A DNA stretch of 64,000 nucleotides from an uncultured delta proteobacterium (GTDB lineage: Bacteria > Myxococcota > Myxococcia > Myxococcales > Anaeromyxobacteraceae). Below are positions 1 through 9,172 of the stretch, in pieces. A program made the position numbers and the translations under genes. Below the pieces are notes generated by a model. It saw nothing but the letters and a program-made list of their open reading frames with translations, made no database searches and was not told where the DNA came from. The first letter of the stretch is position 1; the number at the start of each line of letters is the position of its first letter. Location of the stretch: positions 128,001 to 192,000 of the forward strand of contig CAWHDZ010000003.1 in the NCBI GenBank assembly GCA_963828255.1. Direction: 5' to 3'.

Positions 1-84
1 GAACGATTCGAAGTCGAAGTCGGGAATGATCCGGGACCGGATGTAGTCCCGCTCGATGTCGGCGAAGGGCTTCACGAGTGGCAC
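1..84 (-). CDS. Possible 5' part of a CDS running off the window start (VPLVKPFADIERDYIRSRIIPDFDFESF...)
   Basis: Manual translation gives an open frame from GTG at 84 with GC3-rich codons; too short to assign. Confidence 0.35.
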   Translation of the reverse strand, partial: MPLVKPFADIERDYIRSRIIPDFDFESF

Positions 85-304
85 ATCCGACTCGACACTC
101 GACGAAAGCCCTGCATCTCTAGGCGATTGGGCTCGTACTAGCAAACCAAGCCCGCCGCGCGGAATCGCGACCCTTGGCGCTTGGCCAGAGGGGTCAAGGT
201 GCAATGCGTTGCTGCAGCGGTCGCGGAGTGAGAAGGGAACGCGCGGTGCGACTCCCAGGCCAGATCTGGAATACAGGCAAGCACTGGCTCCTCGAGGCGC
301 TCGG

Positions 305-333
305 TTGACCCGTAGCCCTGTTGTAGCTACATT
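305..333 (+). promoter_or_regulatory. Sigma70-type promoter with palindromic operator for TA pair 1
   Basis: TTGACC(305-310)-N17-TACATT(328-333); perfect palindrome TGTAGCTACA (322-331) overlaps the -10; ATG lies 6 nt after the -10. Confidence 0.6.
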
Positions 334-339
334 GGAACC

Positions 340-588
340 ATGCGCAAGGACGCCGTCTACCGGATGCGGGTTCCCAAGAGGACGCTGGCCGCCATCAAGC
401 GGGTGGCCGCCGCCAGGGGCGAGGACGCTTCCGAGTGGGGGCGCAGCATCATCGAGATCGAGGTGCGCCGCGACCTCGCCGCCATACAACTCCGCGAACA
501 GCTCCAGGCGGCGAAGCCGGGCAGCCTGACCGAGGACGAGGCCATGAGCCTCGTCAACCAGGCGAAGCGGGCCACGAGGGCAGGGTGA
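340..588 (+). CDS. Ribbon-helix-helix-like antitoxin
   Basis: 82 aa; N-terminal beta-strand/helix pattern (VYRMRVPKRTLAAIKRVA..GEDASEWGRSII); GTGA overlap with the PIN gene. Confidence 0.7.
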   Translation: MRKDAVYRMRVPKRTLAAIKRVAAARGEDASEWGRSIIEIEVRRDLAAIQLREQLQAAKPGSLTEDEAMSLVNQAKRATRAG

Positions 589-1013
589 TCCGAGCGGTCC
601 TCGACTGCAACGTGGTGATCACCGCAGCGCTCTCTGCCGGGAAATGCTCCCAGTTGCTATCCCGAGCCCGGCAGCGCGACGGGTTCGAGCTGGTCTGGTC
701 ACCGCCCATTGTTGCCGAGTGTCTCCGGGTCATCGAGTACCCCAAGTTCACCGGGAAGTTCCGGACCGATCCTCGGGTCCTCGTCGAGCGGGCCATGGCG
801 AGCGCCCACATGGTGGCGACGGACCTACTCCCGGCGATCGACGTCGTGAAAGCCGACCCGTCCGACAACGTCTACCTTGCGACGGCCCTGGCCGGCGGCG
901 CCCGCTGGGTGGTCACCGGGAACACCAGGCACCTGGCCAGGCAGGACGGCTATGCGGGGCTCCGGGTCGTCGAGCCGGCCGCCTTCCTAGCGCAGTTGGA
1001 CGCGCAGGGCTGA
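585..1013 (+). CDS. PIN-domain toxin (VapC-like, PIN_3 type)
   Basis: GTG start overlaps the antitoxin stop; motifs RAVLDCNV, E in IVAECLRV, DPSDNVYLATA, VVTGN. Confidence 0.85.
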   Translation: MIRAVLDCNVVITAALSAGKCSQLLSRARQRDGFELVWSPPIVAECLRVIEYPKFTGKFRTDPRVLVERAMASAHMVATDLLPAIDVVKADPSDNVYLATALAGGARWVVTGNTRHLARQDGYAGLRVVEPAAFLAQLDAQG

Positions 1014-1173
1014 GGTCCTGGCTCGAACCGACGCGCCATCGGATCCGTGGACTCGTCACGGAGTGAGCGCGCCTGCCGGGATCCGGATGGAGTTCGAGAT
1101 CCTCAAGACGGGAACGGCCCCGGCCTGGACCAAGTAACGTCCAGTTGAGTGGTGTACGGAGCTGGCCCCGAAG

Positions 1174-1734
1174 TTGAGAAGGGCGCCCACCGCGCCGGGA
1201 CGGCCGGCGGCGGTGTCGGTCTCGTCGTCCCAGCTCTTCGTGGGCTGGGACCCATCCACGGACGACGTGGGCGTCGTCGGGTACGAGGTGCTTCGCGACG
1301 GCGTGCCGGTCGCCAAGGTGGCGACGACGCGGATGCGCGACCTCGGGCTCCCCGCCACCCGCGAGTTCTGCTACACGGTGCGCGCCATCGACGCCGCCGG
1401 CAATCGCTCCGAGGCCGGCGGGCTGGCCTGCGCCGTCACCGCCGACCCCTCCCAGCTCGCCTCGCCGTCCGATCTCCGGGTGGTGCGGGTGTCCGCCACG
1501 GAGGTCCTCCTCCAGTGGGAACCCTCGGAGGTGGAAGGGGTGACGTACGTCATCTACGCCGACGGGACGAAGCGCATCGGGCTCACCCGCTGGAACACCT
1601 ACAACGCCTCCGGGCGGCTCGGCGCGCAGGCGAACTGCTACCGGGTGGCCGCGCAGGACGACAAGGGGCGCGAGTCGTCGAAGTCGAACGAGGTCTGCGC
1701 CCGGCTCTCCCCTGGCCAGGTCACGCATCGCTGA
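1174..1734 (+). CDS. Tandem fibronectin type III domain protein, possibly 5'-truncated
   Basis: APTAPG..WDPSTDDVGVVGYEVLRDG..YTVRAIDAAGNRS and a second FN3 (PSDLRV..LQWEPS..YRVAAQDDKGRES); TTG start, no signal peptide. Confidence 0.75.
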   Translation: MRRAPTAPGRPAAVSVSSSQLFVGWDPSTDDVGVVGYEVLRDGVPVAKVATTRMRDLGLPATREFCYTVRAIDAAGNRSEAGGLACAVTADPSQLASPSDLRVVRVSATEVLLQWEPSEVEGVTYVIYADGTKRIGLTRWNTYNASGRLGAQANCYRVAAQDDKGRESSKSNEVCARLSPGQVTHR

Positions 1735-1736
1735 GC

Positions 1737-1765
1737 TGGACCGGGAGGTAGCGAAATGCTACCCT
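1737..1765 (+). promoter_or_regulatory. Promoter and inverted-repeat operator for TA pair 2
   Basis: TGGACC-N17-TACCCT; GGTAGC-N5-GCTACC (1747-1763) overlaps the -10; ATG lies 6 nt after the -10. Confidence 0.5.
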
Positions 1766-1771
1766 TGGGCC

Positions 1772-2146
1772 ATGGGCCAACCCGTCAAGCTCTCCGATGC
1801 CCTCGTCCTCGACGCCCGCGTCGTCGCCAAGGCGGCCGAACGATCCATCGCCGGCCAGATCGAGTTCTGGGCGCGCGTCGGAAAGGCCGTGGAGGGAGTC
1901 CTCCGGGGCGATCAAGTGATGCGGCTCAAGCAGCGCGGCGAGGCCGCTCCGCTCTCCGAGGCGCTGCGGTCGGTCGACTCGAAGGCGGGGCGCGAGAGGG
2001 TGAAGGCGCAGCAGGCTGCACGCCCCTTCCCGCACTTCGAGCAGGCGCCCGGCAAGTCCGGCTTCCTCGTGAAGATAGACGCCGACGGGAAGCGCACCGT
2101 CGGCCGGTTCGTGAACCGCGAGTTCCGACCCGCCAGCCGCAAGTGA
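1772..2146 (+). CDS. ParD-like antitoxin (DUF3423 type)
   Basis: N-terminus MGQPVKLSDALVLDAR..AERSIAGQIEFWARVGKAVE is typical of the family. Confidence 0.8.
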   Translation: MGQPVKLSDALVLDARVVAKAAERSIAGQIEFWARVGKAVEGVLRGDQVMRLKQRGEAAPLSEALRSVDSKAGRERVKAQQAARPFPHFEQAPGKSGFLVKIDADGKRTVGRFVNREFRPASRK

Positions 2147-2718
2147 CCTCGCCCTTCGACGCGCGCCCCATCGTCGTCGCCATCGCCGGGCCGAACGGCG
2201 CGGGCAAGACCACCTTCCACGAGGCGCACCTCCAGCCGGCCGGTCTGCGGTTCGTCAACGCCGACGACCTGGCCCGGGAACTGGATGTGGGCGCCTACGA
2301 GGCGGCCGAGGTCGCGAGCAGCCTGCGAGAGACGCTGCTGGAGCAGGGCGAGAGCTTCGTCTTCGAGACGGTCTTCTCCGACCCCGTGGGCGAGAAGGTG
2401 GCCTTCCTCGGGCGGGCTGGGGCGAAGGGCTACACCGTGGTCCTGTGCTTCATCGGCATCGATGGCCCGGAGGTGAGCGAGGAGCGCGTGGCGATGCGCG
2501 TCATCCAGGGCGGACACGACGTGCCCTCGAGGAAGCTCGAGGAGCGCTTCCCCCGGACGCTCAAGAACCTGGCGAGGGCGGTCCGCGACCTGCCGCACGT
2601 GCTGGTGTTCGACAACAATGACCTGGCGCGGCCGTTCCGCATGGTCGCCGGCTTCGAGAGGGGAGCCATGGTCGAGAAGCATCCGCCCATGCCCCGGTGG
2701 GTCCCGCGCGGACGGTGA
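2143..2718 (+). CDS. Zeta-toxin-like P-loop kinase/ATPase
   Basis: IAGPNGAGKTT Walker A, FVNADD, SFVFETVFS, RVIQGGHDVP, VFDN; GTGA overlap with the upstream gene. Confidence 0.85.
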   Translation: MTSPFDARPIVVAIAGPNGAGKTTFHEAHLQPAGLRFVNADDLARELDVGAYEAAEVASSLRETLLEQGESFVFETVFSDPVGEKVAFLGRAGAKGYTVVLCFIGIDGPEVSEERVAMRVIQGGHDVPSRKLEERFPRTLKNLARAVRDLPHVLVFDNNDLARPFRMVAGFERGAMVEKHPPMPRWVPRGR

Positions 2719-2787
2719 ACCCGTCGGTCGAGGAGCCGGGCCGCCTTGAGGCCGGCGTCGAAGCCGGGTGGCGGCAGCGGCGCTCCT

Positions 2788-3072
2788 CTACCCGCCGTGT
2801 CCCGATGCCCTCCCGAGCGCCACGACCTGGAACTCGAGCCGCCGCCGTCGATCGGTGTCGACGGGGAGCAACCCGATTCGCTCGAGTAGCTTTTCGTCCG
2901 CCAGATTGGGATGGCGGAGCGGATAGATATCCGCCTCCATCGTCTGTGCCAGGTCGGCGGGTGGGCTGGGCACGGAGCCGAGGAGCGCGGCGGCGCCGAT
3001 GACGACGATCTCCGAGTCGCCCGAGATGGCGGCTGCGGCCCGGATGACGTGCTCGAGATCCTCACGCCGCAT
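2788..3072 (-). pseudogene. DUF6036-like nucleotidyltransferase, apparently internally deleted
   Basis: N-terminus MRREDLEHVIRAAAAISGDSEIVVIG..MEADIYP is typical, but the protein is only 94 aa and jumps from LAD to a C-terminal-like segment EKLLERI. Confidence 0.55.
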
Positions 3073-3388
3073 GGGTGGCGGTCCAGGCCTTCAGGAAGGC
3101 GAACCGCTCCGTCGGCGAGAGGATGCCGGCGAAGGGCGAGCACTGCCGAAGCGCCGCGGCACGCTCCGACTCCTCGACGGCGGCGGCGAGCACCTGCTCG
3201 AGCCCCTGCGCCATGAGCCGCTCCCACTCCGCGAGGTACGGCTCGGCGCGGCTCGGGTTGCCTGGGTCGCGCCACCGCTGGAGCGTCAGGCGCACCCGAT
3301 CGAGGAGCGCCGGCTCCCGGCGAACCTTGGCGGCGATCAGCCGGTGCAATTCCAGGCTGCGCGCGTCGATCTCCTGATGGCTCCTCAT
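3062..3388 (-). CDS. Helical antitoxin-like partner of the nucleotidyltransferase
   Basis: 108 aa; DARSLELHRLIA..YLAEWERL..ALRQCSPFAGIL pattern; overlaps the start of the NTase gene. Confidence 0.65.
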   Translation of the reverse strand: MRSHQEIDARSLELHRLIAAKVRREPALLDRVRLTLQRWRDPGNPSRAEPYLAEWERLMAQGLEQVLAAAVEESERAAALRQCSPFAGILSPTERFAFLKAWTATHAA

Positions 3389-3462
3389 GGCGGTGCCTTG
3401 ATGCTCATGAGTCCAATCCTAGCGGAGGTTGCCGGGCGCCGCGATAGACTGCCGCTGACCCC

Positions 3463-4479
3463 ATGCCGCGCCTCGACGCCAACCACCCGGTTGCCGCCGT
3501 CCTCAGCGGCCTGCTCGACCGCCTCCGCGTCCGGCGCGAGATCCCCCCGCTCTCCCCCGACGATCGGCTGGACGGCAAGCTCGCGCTCGTCACCGGGGGC
3601 GCCTCGGGTCTGGGCTTCGCCACCTCGGTGGACCTGGCCCGCCGGGGCGCCCGGGTGCTGCTCGCCGATCGCCGCGAACCGGAGCGCGCCCGGGACCGGG
3701 CCGTCGCCCTGGGCGTTCCCCCGGACCGGATCGTGCCGGTGCAGGTGGACCTCTCCGACCTCGACGCCGTCGATCGGCTGGCCGGGGACCTGGCCCGGCA
3801 GGGAACGCGCCTCGATCGGCTCGTCCTCAACGCCGCCATCGTTCCCACCGCCGCGCGCACCACGCCCCAGGGGCTCGACGAGATGTTCGTGGTGAACTAC
3901 CTGTCCTCCTTCGCGCTGGTGACGCTGCTGCTGGAGAACGGCGTCCTGCCTCGCGACCGGCGCCCCGGCGACGTGCCGCGGGTCGTCGTCGTCTCCTCGG
4001 AGGCGCACCGCTGGAGCCAGGGCCTCCCGCCCGGCCGGCTCGACGCCCCGCGCGATGGCTCACCCCGGCGGGTGCTCGCCTGGTACGGAACCTACAAGCT
4101 CATGCTCACCACCTTCGCCTGGGAACTCGCCCGGCGGATGCAGGCCGACGGTGGCCCCCGGGTGGCGGTCCTGGCGCTCTGTCCAGGAGCGATGCGCACC
4201 GGGATCGCGCGCGAGCTTCCCGCGCCGCTCCGCGTCCCGCTCGACGGACTGATGCGCCTCCTCTTCCAGGACCCGTTCGTCGCCGACGAACCGGTGCTCC
4301 ACCTCGCCTGCAGCCGGGCGCTCGAGGGGCGGACCGCGGTCTACCTGCACCGGATGGCGGTGAAGCAGGTGGACCCCCGCGCAGCGGACGAGGGCGCGGG
4401 GCGCGAACTCTGGGCGAGGAGCGAGGAGGTGCTGGCAGCCCCTACGACCGCTGCCGCGTCCCGCTCGCACTGCTCGTGA
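3463..4479 (+). CDS. Short-chain dehydrogenase/reductase (retinol-DH-like)
   Basis: ALVTGGASGLG, LVLNAAI, VVVVSSEAH, YGTYK (YxxxK). Confidence 0.9.
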   Translation: MPRLDANHPVAAVLSGLLDRLRVRREIPPLSPDDRLDGKLALVTGGASGLGFATSVDLARRGARVLLADRREPERARDRAVALGVPPDRIVPVQVDLSDLDAVDRLAGDLARQGTRLDRLVLNAAIVPTAARTTPQGLDEMFVVNYLSSFALVTLLLENGVLPRDRRPGDVPRVVVVSSEAHRWSQGLPPGRLDAPRDGSPRRVLAWYGTYKLMLTTFAWELARRMQADGGPRVAVLALCPGAMRTGIARELPAPLRVPLDGLMRLLFQDPFVADEPVLHLACSRALEGRTAVYLHRMAVKQVDPRAADEGAGRELWARSEEVLAAPTTAAASRSHCS

Positions 4480-4924
4480 CGGTCCCCCGGATCGGCGCGG
4501 CGGGGGTCCACCCCTCCGGGACGACGATCTCGGTTCCCAGCACCGAGAAGGCCGTCCGGGAGAAGCGGGTCGCGATCCTGCCGCTCACGTCGAACTGCAG
4601 ATCCAGGGTGAGCCGGCCGTCCCGCACCGTGCCGCGCCCCGCGCGGAGCCTGGCATCGACGTGCCCGCGGGCGTCCGGGTGGCGAACGTCCACCGGGCAG
4701 GCGGCCGGCGTGGAGAACTCCAGGGCGCCGCTTCCGGAGCGGGTGGCGTCGAGGACGCAGGCGTACCCGCGCGACTCGATGCGCACCGAGACGTGCCCCT
4801 TCGTCCGGGCCGGTTCCAGCGTGACCCGCATCTCGCCGGGGTGATCCCCTGCCGGGAACGGCGCGACCTGGACGCGCGTGTTGCCGGAGAGGAGGAACAC
4901 GGCGGCCAGGGCGACGGGGTTCAC
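4442..4924 (-). CDS. Hypothetical exported protein
   Basis: Likely GTG start at 4924 (VNPVALAAVFLLSG); beta-rich; coding-like codon bias. Confidence 0.5.
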   Translation of the reverse strand: MNPVALAAVFLLSGNTRVQVAPFPAGDHPGEMRVTLEPARTKGHVSVRIESRGYACVLDATRSGSGALEFSTPAACPVDVRHPDARGHVDARLRAGRGTVRDGRLTLDLQFDVSGRIATRFSRTAFSVLGTEIVVPEGWTPAAPIRGTVTSSASGTRQRS

Positions 4925-5025
4925 CCGGCCATTGTGCGCGTGCGCCCCGGCGGGGTCACGATTCCGGACGACGGTTGTCCGCTCCCCCCGCCCACCCGTC
5001 GCCGTTTCCCGACAACCCTCACTCG

Positions 5026-5071
5026 TAAACCCTTGAAATTCCCTGCCGTGCGGCTTGGCAGGCCAGATGCA
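5026..5071 (+). promoter_or_regulatory. Sigma54 promoter with upstream IHF-like site
   Basis: TGGCAGGCCAGATGCA (5056-5071, GG-N10-GC); TAAACCCTTGAAA (5026-5038) resembles the IHF consensus YAANNNNTTGATW. Confidence 0.6.
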
Positions 5072-5118
5072 GAACCTCCTCCCGTCTATCAACCTCGACG
5101 CAACCCAAGGAGAACACC

Positions 5119-5421
5119 ATGAACCGCAAGACCCCCAGCATCATCGGCGCCGCAGTCGGTCTGGCTCTCTTCCTCGCCATCGCGCTTCTCCCCGCCCTCC
5201 TCTACGGCGGCTACGCGGGCGTGATGCTGGCCGGCGGGATCTTCGGGACGCCCGTTCAGCCCACCTTCCTCGTCCGCGCCCTGATCGTCTTCGGGATGGT
5301 GATGGGCGTCACGGGAGTCGGCGCGCTGTTCGCGGTCGGCGGAGCGGTCGCCGGCGCCGCGGTGGGCGTCCTCGCCGAGACCCCTGCCAAGAAGGCTGCT
5401 GCCCAGGCCAACAAGGCGTAA
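5119..5421 (+). CDS. Small Gly/Ala-rich membrane protein
   Basis: AAGGAG RBS; 100 aa with 2-3 hydrophobic segments. Confidence 0.8.
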   Translation: MNRKTPSIIGAAVGLALFLAIALLPALLYGGYAGVMLAGGIFGTPVQPTFLVRALIVFGMVMGVTGVGALFAVGGAVAGAAVGVLAETPAKKAAAQANKA

Positions 5422-5505
5422 GCGAGAAGCCCCCCCCGGGCCAGGGGCCCGACGACACGAGAGGCTGGTCCGCGAGGGCCGGCCTCTTCGTGTATTCTCG
5501 CCTCC

Positions 5506-7929
5506 ATGGAACGCACGAGAATCCAGCGCGCAGGCGTGGTCCTGTTTGCCTTGCTGAGCGTCGCCGCGACACCGGCGCCTTCCGCGACGCCCGACCGCAC
5601 GGTGCTGCCCATCCCGGAGCCCACCTATCCGCCCATCACCATCCTCGACGCGCGCAATGCGACCCCGCCTCCGCGGTTCGAGGTGAAGGCGCCCGCCGGG
5701 GCGCCCAACGTCCTCATCATCCTCATCGACGACATGGGCTTCGGGATGCCGGGCGCATTCGGCGGGCCCATCCACACGCCGACCGCCGACACCCTGGCCA
5801 GCGGGGGGCTCCGCTACAACCAGTTTCACACCACGGCGCTCTGCTCGCCCACCCGCACCGCGCTCCTCTCCGGCCGGAATCACCACACCAACAACATGGG
5901 CTCCATCACCGAGACCGCCACCGCCTTCCCGGGGAACACGGGCGTGCGGCCGGACAGCGTGGCCCCGCTCGCCGAGATGCTGCGCCTGAACGGCTACAGC
6001 ACGAGCTTCTTCGGGAAGAACCACGAGACGGCGACCTGGGAGATCAGCCCCTCCGGCCCGACCACCCGCTGGCCGAACCGCTCCGGCTTCGACGAGTTCT
6101 ACGGGTTCATGGGGGGCGAGACCAACCAGTGGGCGCCGCTCGTCTACCACAACCTGGCGCCGGTCGAGGTCCCCCGGGACGGCAACTACCACTTCATGAC
6201 GGACATGACCGACAAGGCCGTCGCCTGGATCGAGTTCCAGAAGTCGCTCACGCCCGACCGTCCCTTCTTCATGTACTTCGCGCCCGGCGCCACGCACGCG
6301 CCGCACCACGTCCCCAGGGAGTGGATCGCGAAGTACAAGGGCAAGTTCGACAAGGGATGGGACGTGATGCGGGAGGAGGTGCTGGCCCGCCAGATCAAGC
6401 TCGGCGTGGTCCCCCCCGGCACGAAGCTCGCCCCCAAGCCGGAGGCCATCAAGGACTGGGACAAGCTCACGGCGGAGGAGAGGAAGCTCTTCACCCGCCA
6501 GATGGAGGTCTACGCCGGGTTCGCCGAGATGGCCGACACCGAGATCGGCCGCCTCATCGACGCGCTCCAGTCGACGGGACAGCTCGACAACACGCTCGTC
6601 TTCTACATCCTGGGCGACAACGGCACGAGCGCCGAGGGCGGGATGAACGGCATGTTCAGCGAGATGTCGTACTTCAACGGCGTCGTGGAGACGGTGCCCG
6701 AGATCATGAAGCACTACGACGAGCTGGGCGGGCCCATGTCGTACCCTCACATGGCGGCGGGCTGGGCGGTGGCGGGCGACACGCCCTTCACCTGGACGAA
6801 GCAGGTGGCCTCCAACTTCGGCGGCACCCGCAACGGCATGGTCGTCCACTGGCCGAAGGGCATCAAGGCCAGGGGCGAGGTGCGCTCCCAGTTCCACCAC
6901 GTCATCGACGTGGCGCCGACCATCCTCGAGGCCGCCGGCCTCCCCGAGCCAAAGAGTGTCAACGGAACCGTGCAGAAGCCCATCGAGGGCGTGAGCATGA
7001 CCTACACCTTCGCCGACCCGAAGGCCGAGGGCCGGCACAAGGTCCAGTACTTCGAGATGTTCGGGAACCGGGCCATCTACGCGGACGGGTGGTTCGCGGG
7101 GACCATCCACAGGGCCCCCTGGGAGACGAAGCCGCGGGCCGCGCTCCAGGACGACCGGTGGGAGCTCTACGACACGCGCGACGACTTCAGCCTGACGAAC
7201 GACCTGGCGGCGAGGAACCCGGCCAAGCTGAAGGAGCTCCAGGATCTCTTCATGAAGGAGGCCCCCCGTTACAACGTCCTTCCCATCGACGATCGGACCG
7301 TCGAACGGCTCGATGCCAAGCTGGTCGGACGGCCCGACCTGATGGGCGACCGCATGTCGCTCACCCTGCACGCGGGGATGACCGGGATGTCGGAGAACGC
7401 CTTCATCAACGTGAAGAACCGTTCCGTGACCATCACCGCGGATCTGGACGTCCCGAAGGGCGGCGCCAACGGCGTCATCCTGGCGCAGGGCGGACGGTTC
7501 GGCGGGTGGAGCCTGTACATGAAGGGCGGCAAGCCGCACTACACCTACAACTTCCTCGGAATGAAGCGGACCACCGTCGCCGCGGCGAAGCCGGTCCCGG
7601 CCGGCAAGGCCACCGTGAAGATGGACTTCGCCTACGACGGCGGCGGAGCCGGCAAGGGAGGGGTGGTGAGCCTCTTCGTGAACGGCAAGAAGGTGGGCGA
7701 GGGTAGGGTGGAGCGAACCCAGCCCGGGATCTTCTCCGTGGACGACGCCGCCGACGTGGGGCTGGACGAGGGGACGCCGGTGGTCGAGGACTACCAGCCG
7801 AGGAGCACGAAGTTCACGGGCGCCATCCGCAAGGTGGTGGTGGACGTGAAGGAGATGGGCGTGGGGGAGAAGGCCGCCGTGAAGAAGGCCGGCGCCGAGA
7901 CCGCAAGGAAGGTCGAGGAGGCCAGGTGA
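5506..7929 (+). CDS. Exported arylsulfatase with C-terminal LamG-like domain
   Basis: Signal peptide; PNVLIILIDDMG, CSPTR formylglycine motif, GKNH, DNG. Confidence 0.95.
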   Translation: MERTRIQRAGVVLFALLSVAATPAPSATPDRTVLPIPEPTYPPITILDARNATPPPRFEVKAPAGAPNVLIILIDDMGFGMPGAFGGPIHTPTADTLASGGLRYNQFHTTALCSPTRTALLSGRNHHTNNMGSITETATAFPGNTGVRPDSVAPLAEMLRLNGYSTSFFGKNHETATWEISPSGPTTRWPNRSGFDEFYGFMGGETNQWAPLVYHNLAPVEVPRDGNYHFMTDMTDKAVAWIEFQKSLTPDRPFFMYFAPGATHAPHHVPREWIAKYKGKFDKGWDVMREEVLARQIKLGVVPPGTKLAPKPEAIKDWDKLTAEERKLFTRQMEVYAGFAEMADTEIGRLIDALQSTGQLDNTLVFYILGDNGTSAEGGMNGMFSEMSYFNGVVETVPEIMKHYDELGGPMSYPHMAAGWAVAGDTPFTWTKQVASNFGGTRNGMVVHWPKGIKARGEVRSQFHHVIDVAPTILEAAGLPEPKSVNGTVQKPIEGVSMTYTFADPKAEGRHKVQYFEMFGNRAIYADGWFAGTIHRAPWETKPRAALQDDRWELYDTRDDFSLTNDLAARNPAKLKELQDLFMKEAPRYNVLPIDDRTVERLDAKLVGRPDLMGDRMSLTLHAGMTGMSENAFINVKNRSVTITADLDVPKGGANGVILAQGGRFGGWSLYMKGGKPHYTYNFLGMKRTTVAAAKPVPAGKATVKMDFAYDGGGAGKGGVVSLFVNGKKVGEGRVERTQPGIFSVDDAADVGLDEGTPVVEDYQPRSTKFTGAIRKVVVDVKEMGVGEKAAVKKAGAETARKVEEAR

Positions 7930-9172
7930 TGGCTTGCGTCCCGGATCGTCTCCGAAGTCCGCATCGCCCGGCGCGCGCCTTCCTGGCGATCTTCTGCGCC
8001 GCGTTGCTCGTCCCCTGGGAGGGCGCGCCCCTGGCCCAGCAGCCTGCCCCGGCCGACGCCGCCGATGCGCCCGCGCCGAAGCTCCCCCCGACCAGCTCGA
8101 CTCCCTGGTCGCGCCCATCGCCCTCTACCCCGATCCCCTGCTTGCCCAGACGCTGGTGGCCTCGACCTACCCGCTCGAGATCATCCAACTCCAGCAGTGG
8201 CTCGCCAAGAACAAGGACCTGAAGGACAAGGCCCTGGAGGAGGCGGTCGCCAAGCAGCCCTGGGACCCGAGCATCCAGTCGATGGCGTCGATTCCCGAGG
8301 TCGTGAAGCGGCTCGGGGACGACATCCAGTGGACCACGGCGCTGGGGAACGCATTCCTCGACCAGCAGTCGGACGTCATGGACGCCGTCCAGCGCATGAG
8401 GGCGAAGGCGGAGGGAACCGGCGCGCTGAAGAGCTCCGAGCAGCAGACGGTGGAGACGAAGGTCATCGAGCAGAAGACCGTCATCATCGTGGAGCCCACC
8501 GACCCCCAGGTGATCTACGTCCCGACCTACAACCCGGTGTACGTCTACCCGCCGCCGATCTACCCGTATCCGCCGGTCTACTACCCGCCTCCCCCTGTCT
8601 ATGGCGCCGCGCTGGTGGGCTTCACGGCCGGCGTCATGATCGGCGCGGCGGTGGGCGGTTCCTGCTGCGGCTGCCGCTGGGGGAGCAACAACGTCAACAT
8701 CAACGTGAACAACAACTTCAACCGCAACGCCAACATCAACACCGGCGGGAACAACAACTGGAACCACAACTCCCAGCACCGCGGCGGCGCGCCCTACTCG
8801 AACAAGGCGACGGCCAGCAAGTACGGCGGCTCGACGCAGGGTGGTTCGCGGTCCGCCAGCGGCGGCGCCTCGGCGAGCACCCGCGCCGGCGGGGGAACGG
8901 GCGGGGGCGCGGGGGGGCCCAGCGCCAGCAGTCGGGCCAGCCCCGGTGGTGGGGGCGGGGGCGGTGGAGGATACGGAGGATCCAGCGCCAGCAGCCGCGC
9001 CAGCCCCAGTCCCAGCGGTGGATCCGGGAACTCCGGCGGTTTCGGGGGCGGGTCCGGGGGCTACAGCGGAAGCAGCGCCAAGGCGAGCAGCTCGAGGGGC
9101 GCATCCAGCATGTCGTACGGCGGCTCCAGGGGTGGTGGCGGCGGCCGAGGCGGCGGAGGGGGGCGGCGATGA
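7929..9172 (+). pseudogene. DUF3300 domain protein with a one-base frameshift near 8084-8089 (possibly an assembly error)
   Basis: Signal peptide in one frame (..APKLPP) and DQLDSLVAPIALYPDPLLAQ in another; one extra C in the C6 run joins them; Gly/Ser-rich tail. Confidence 0.8.

Noticed and set aside
1014..1137. Short coding-like fragment MEFEILKTGTAPAWTK
   Set aside because: May be a gene scar but is too short to assign.
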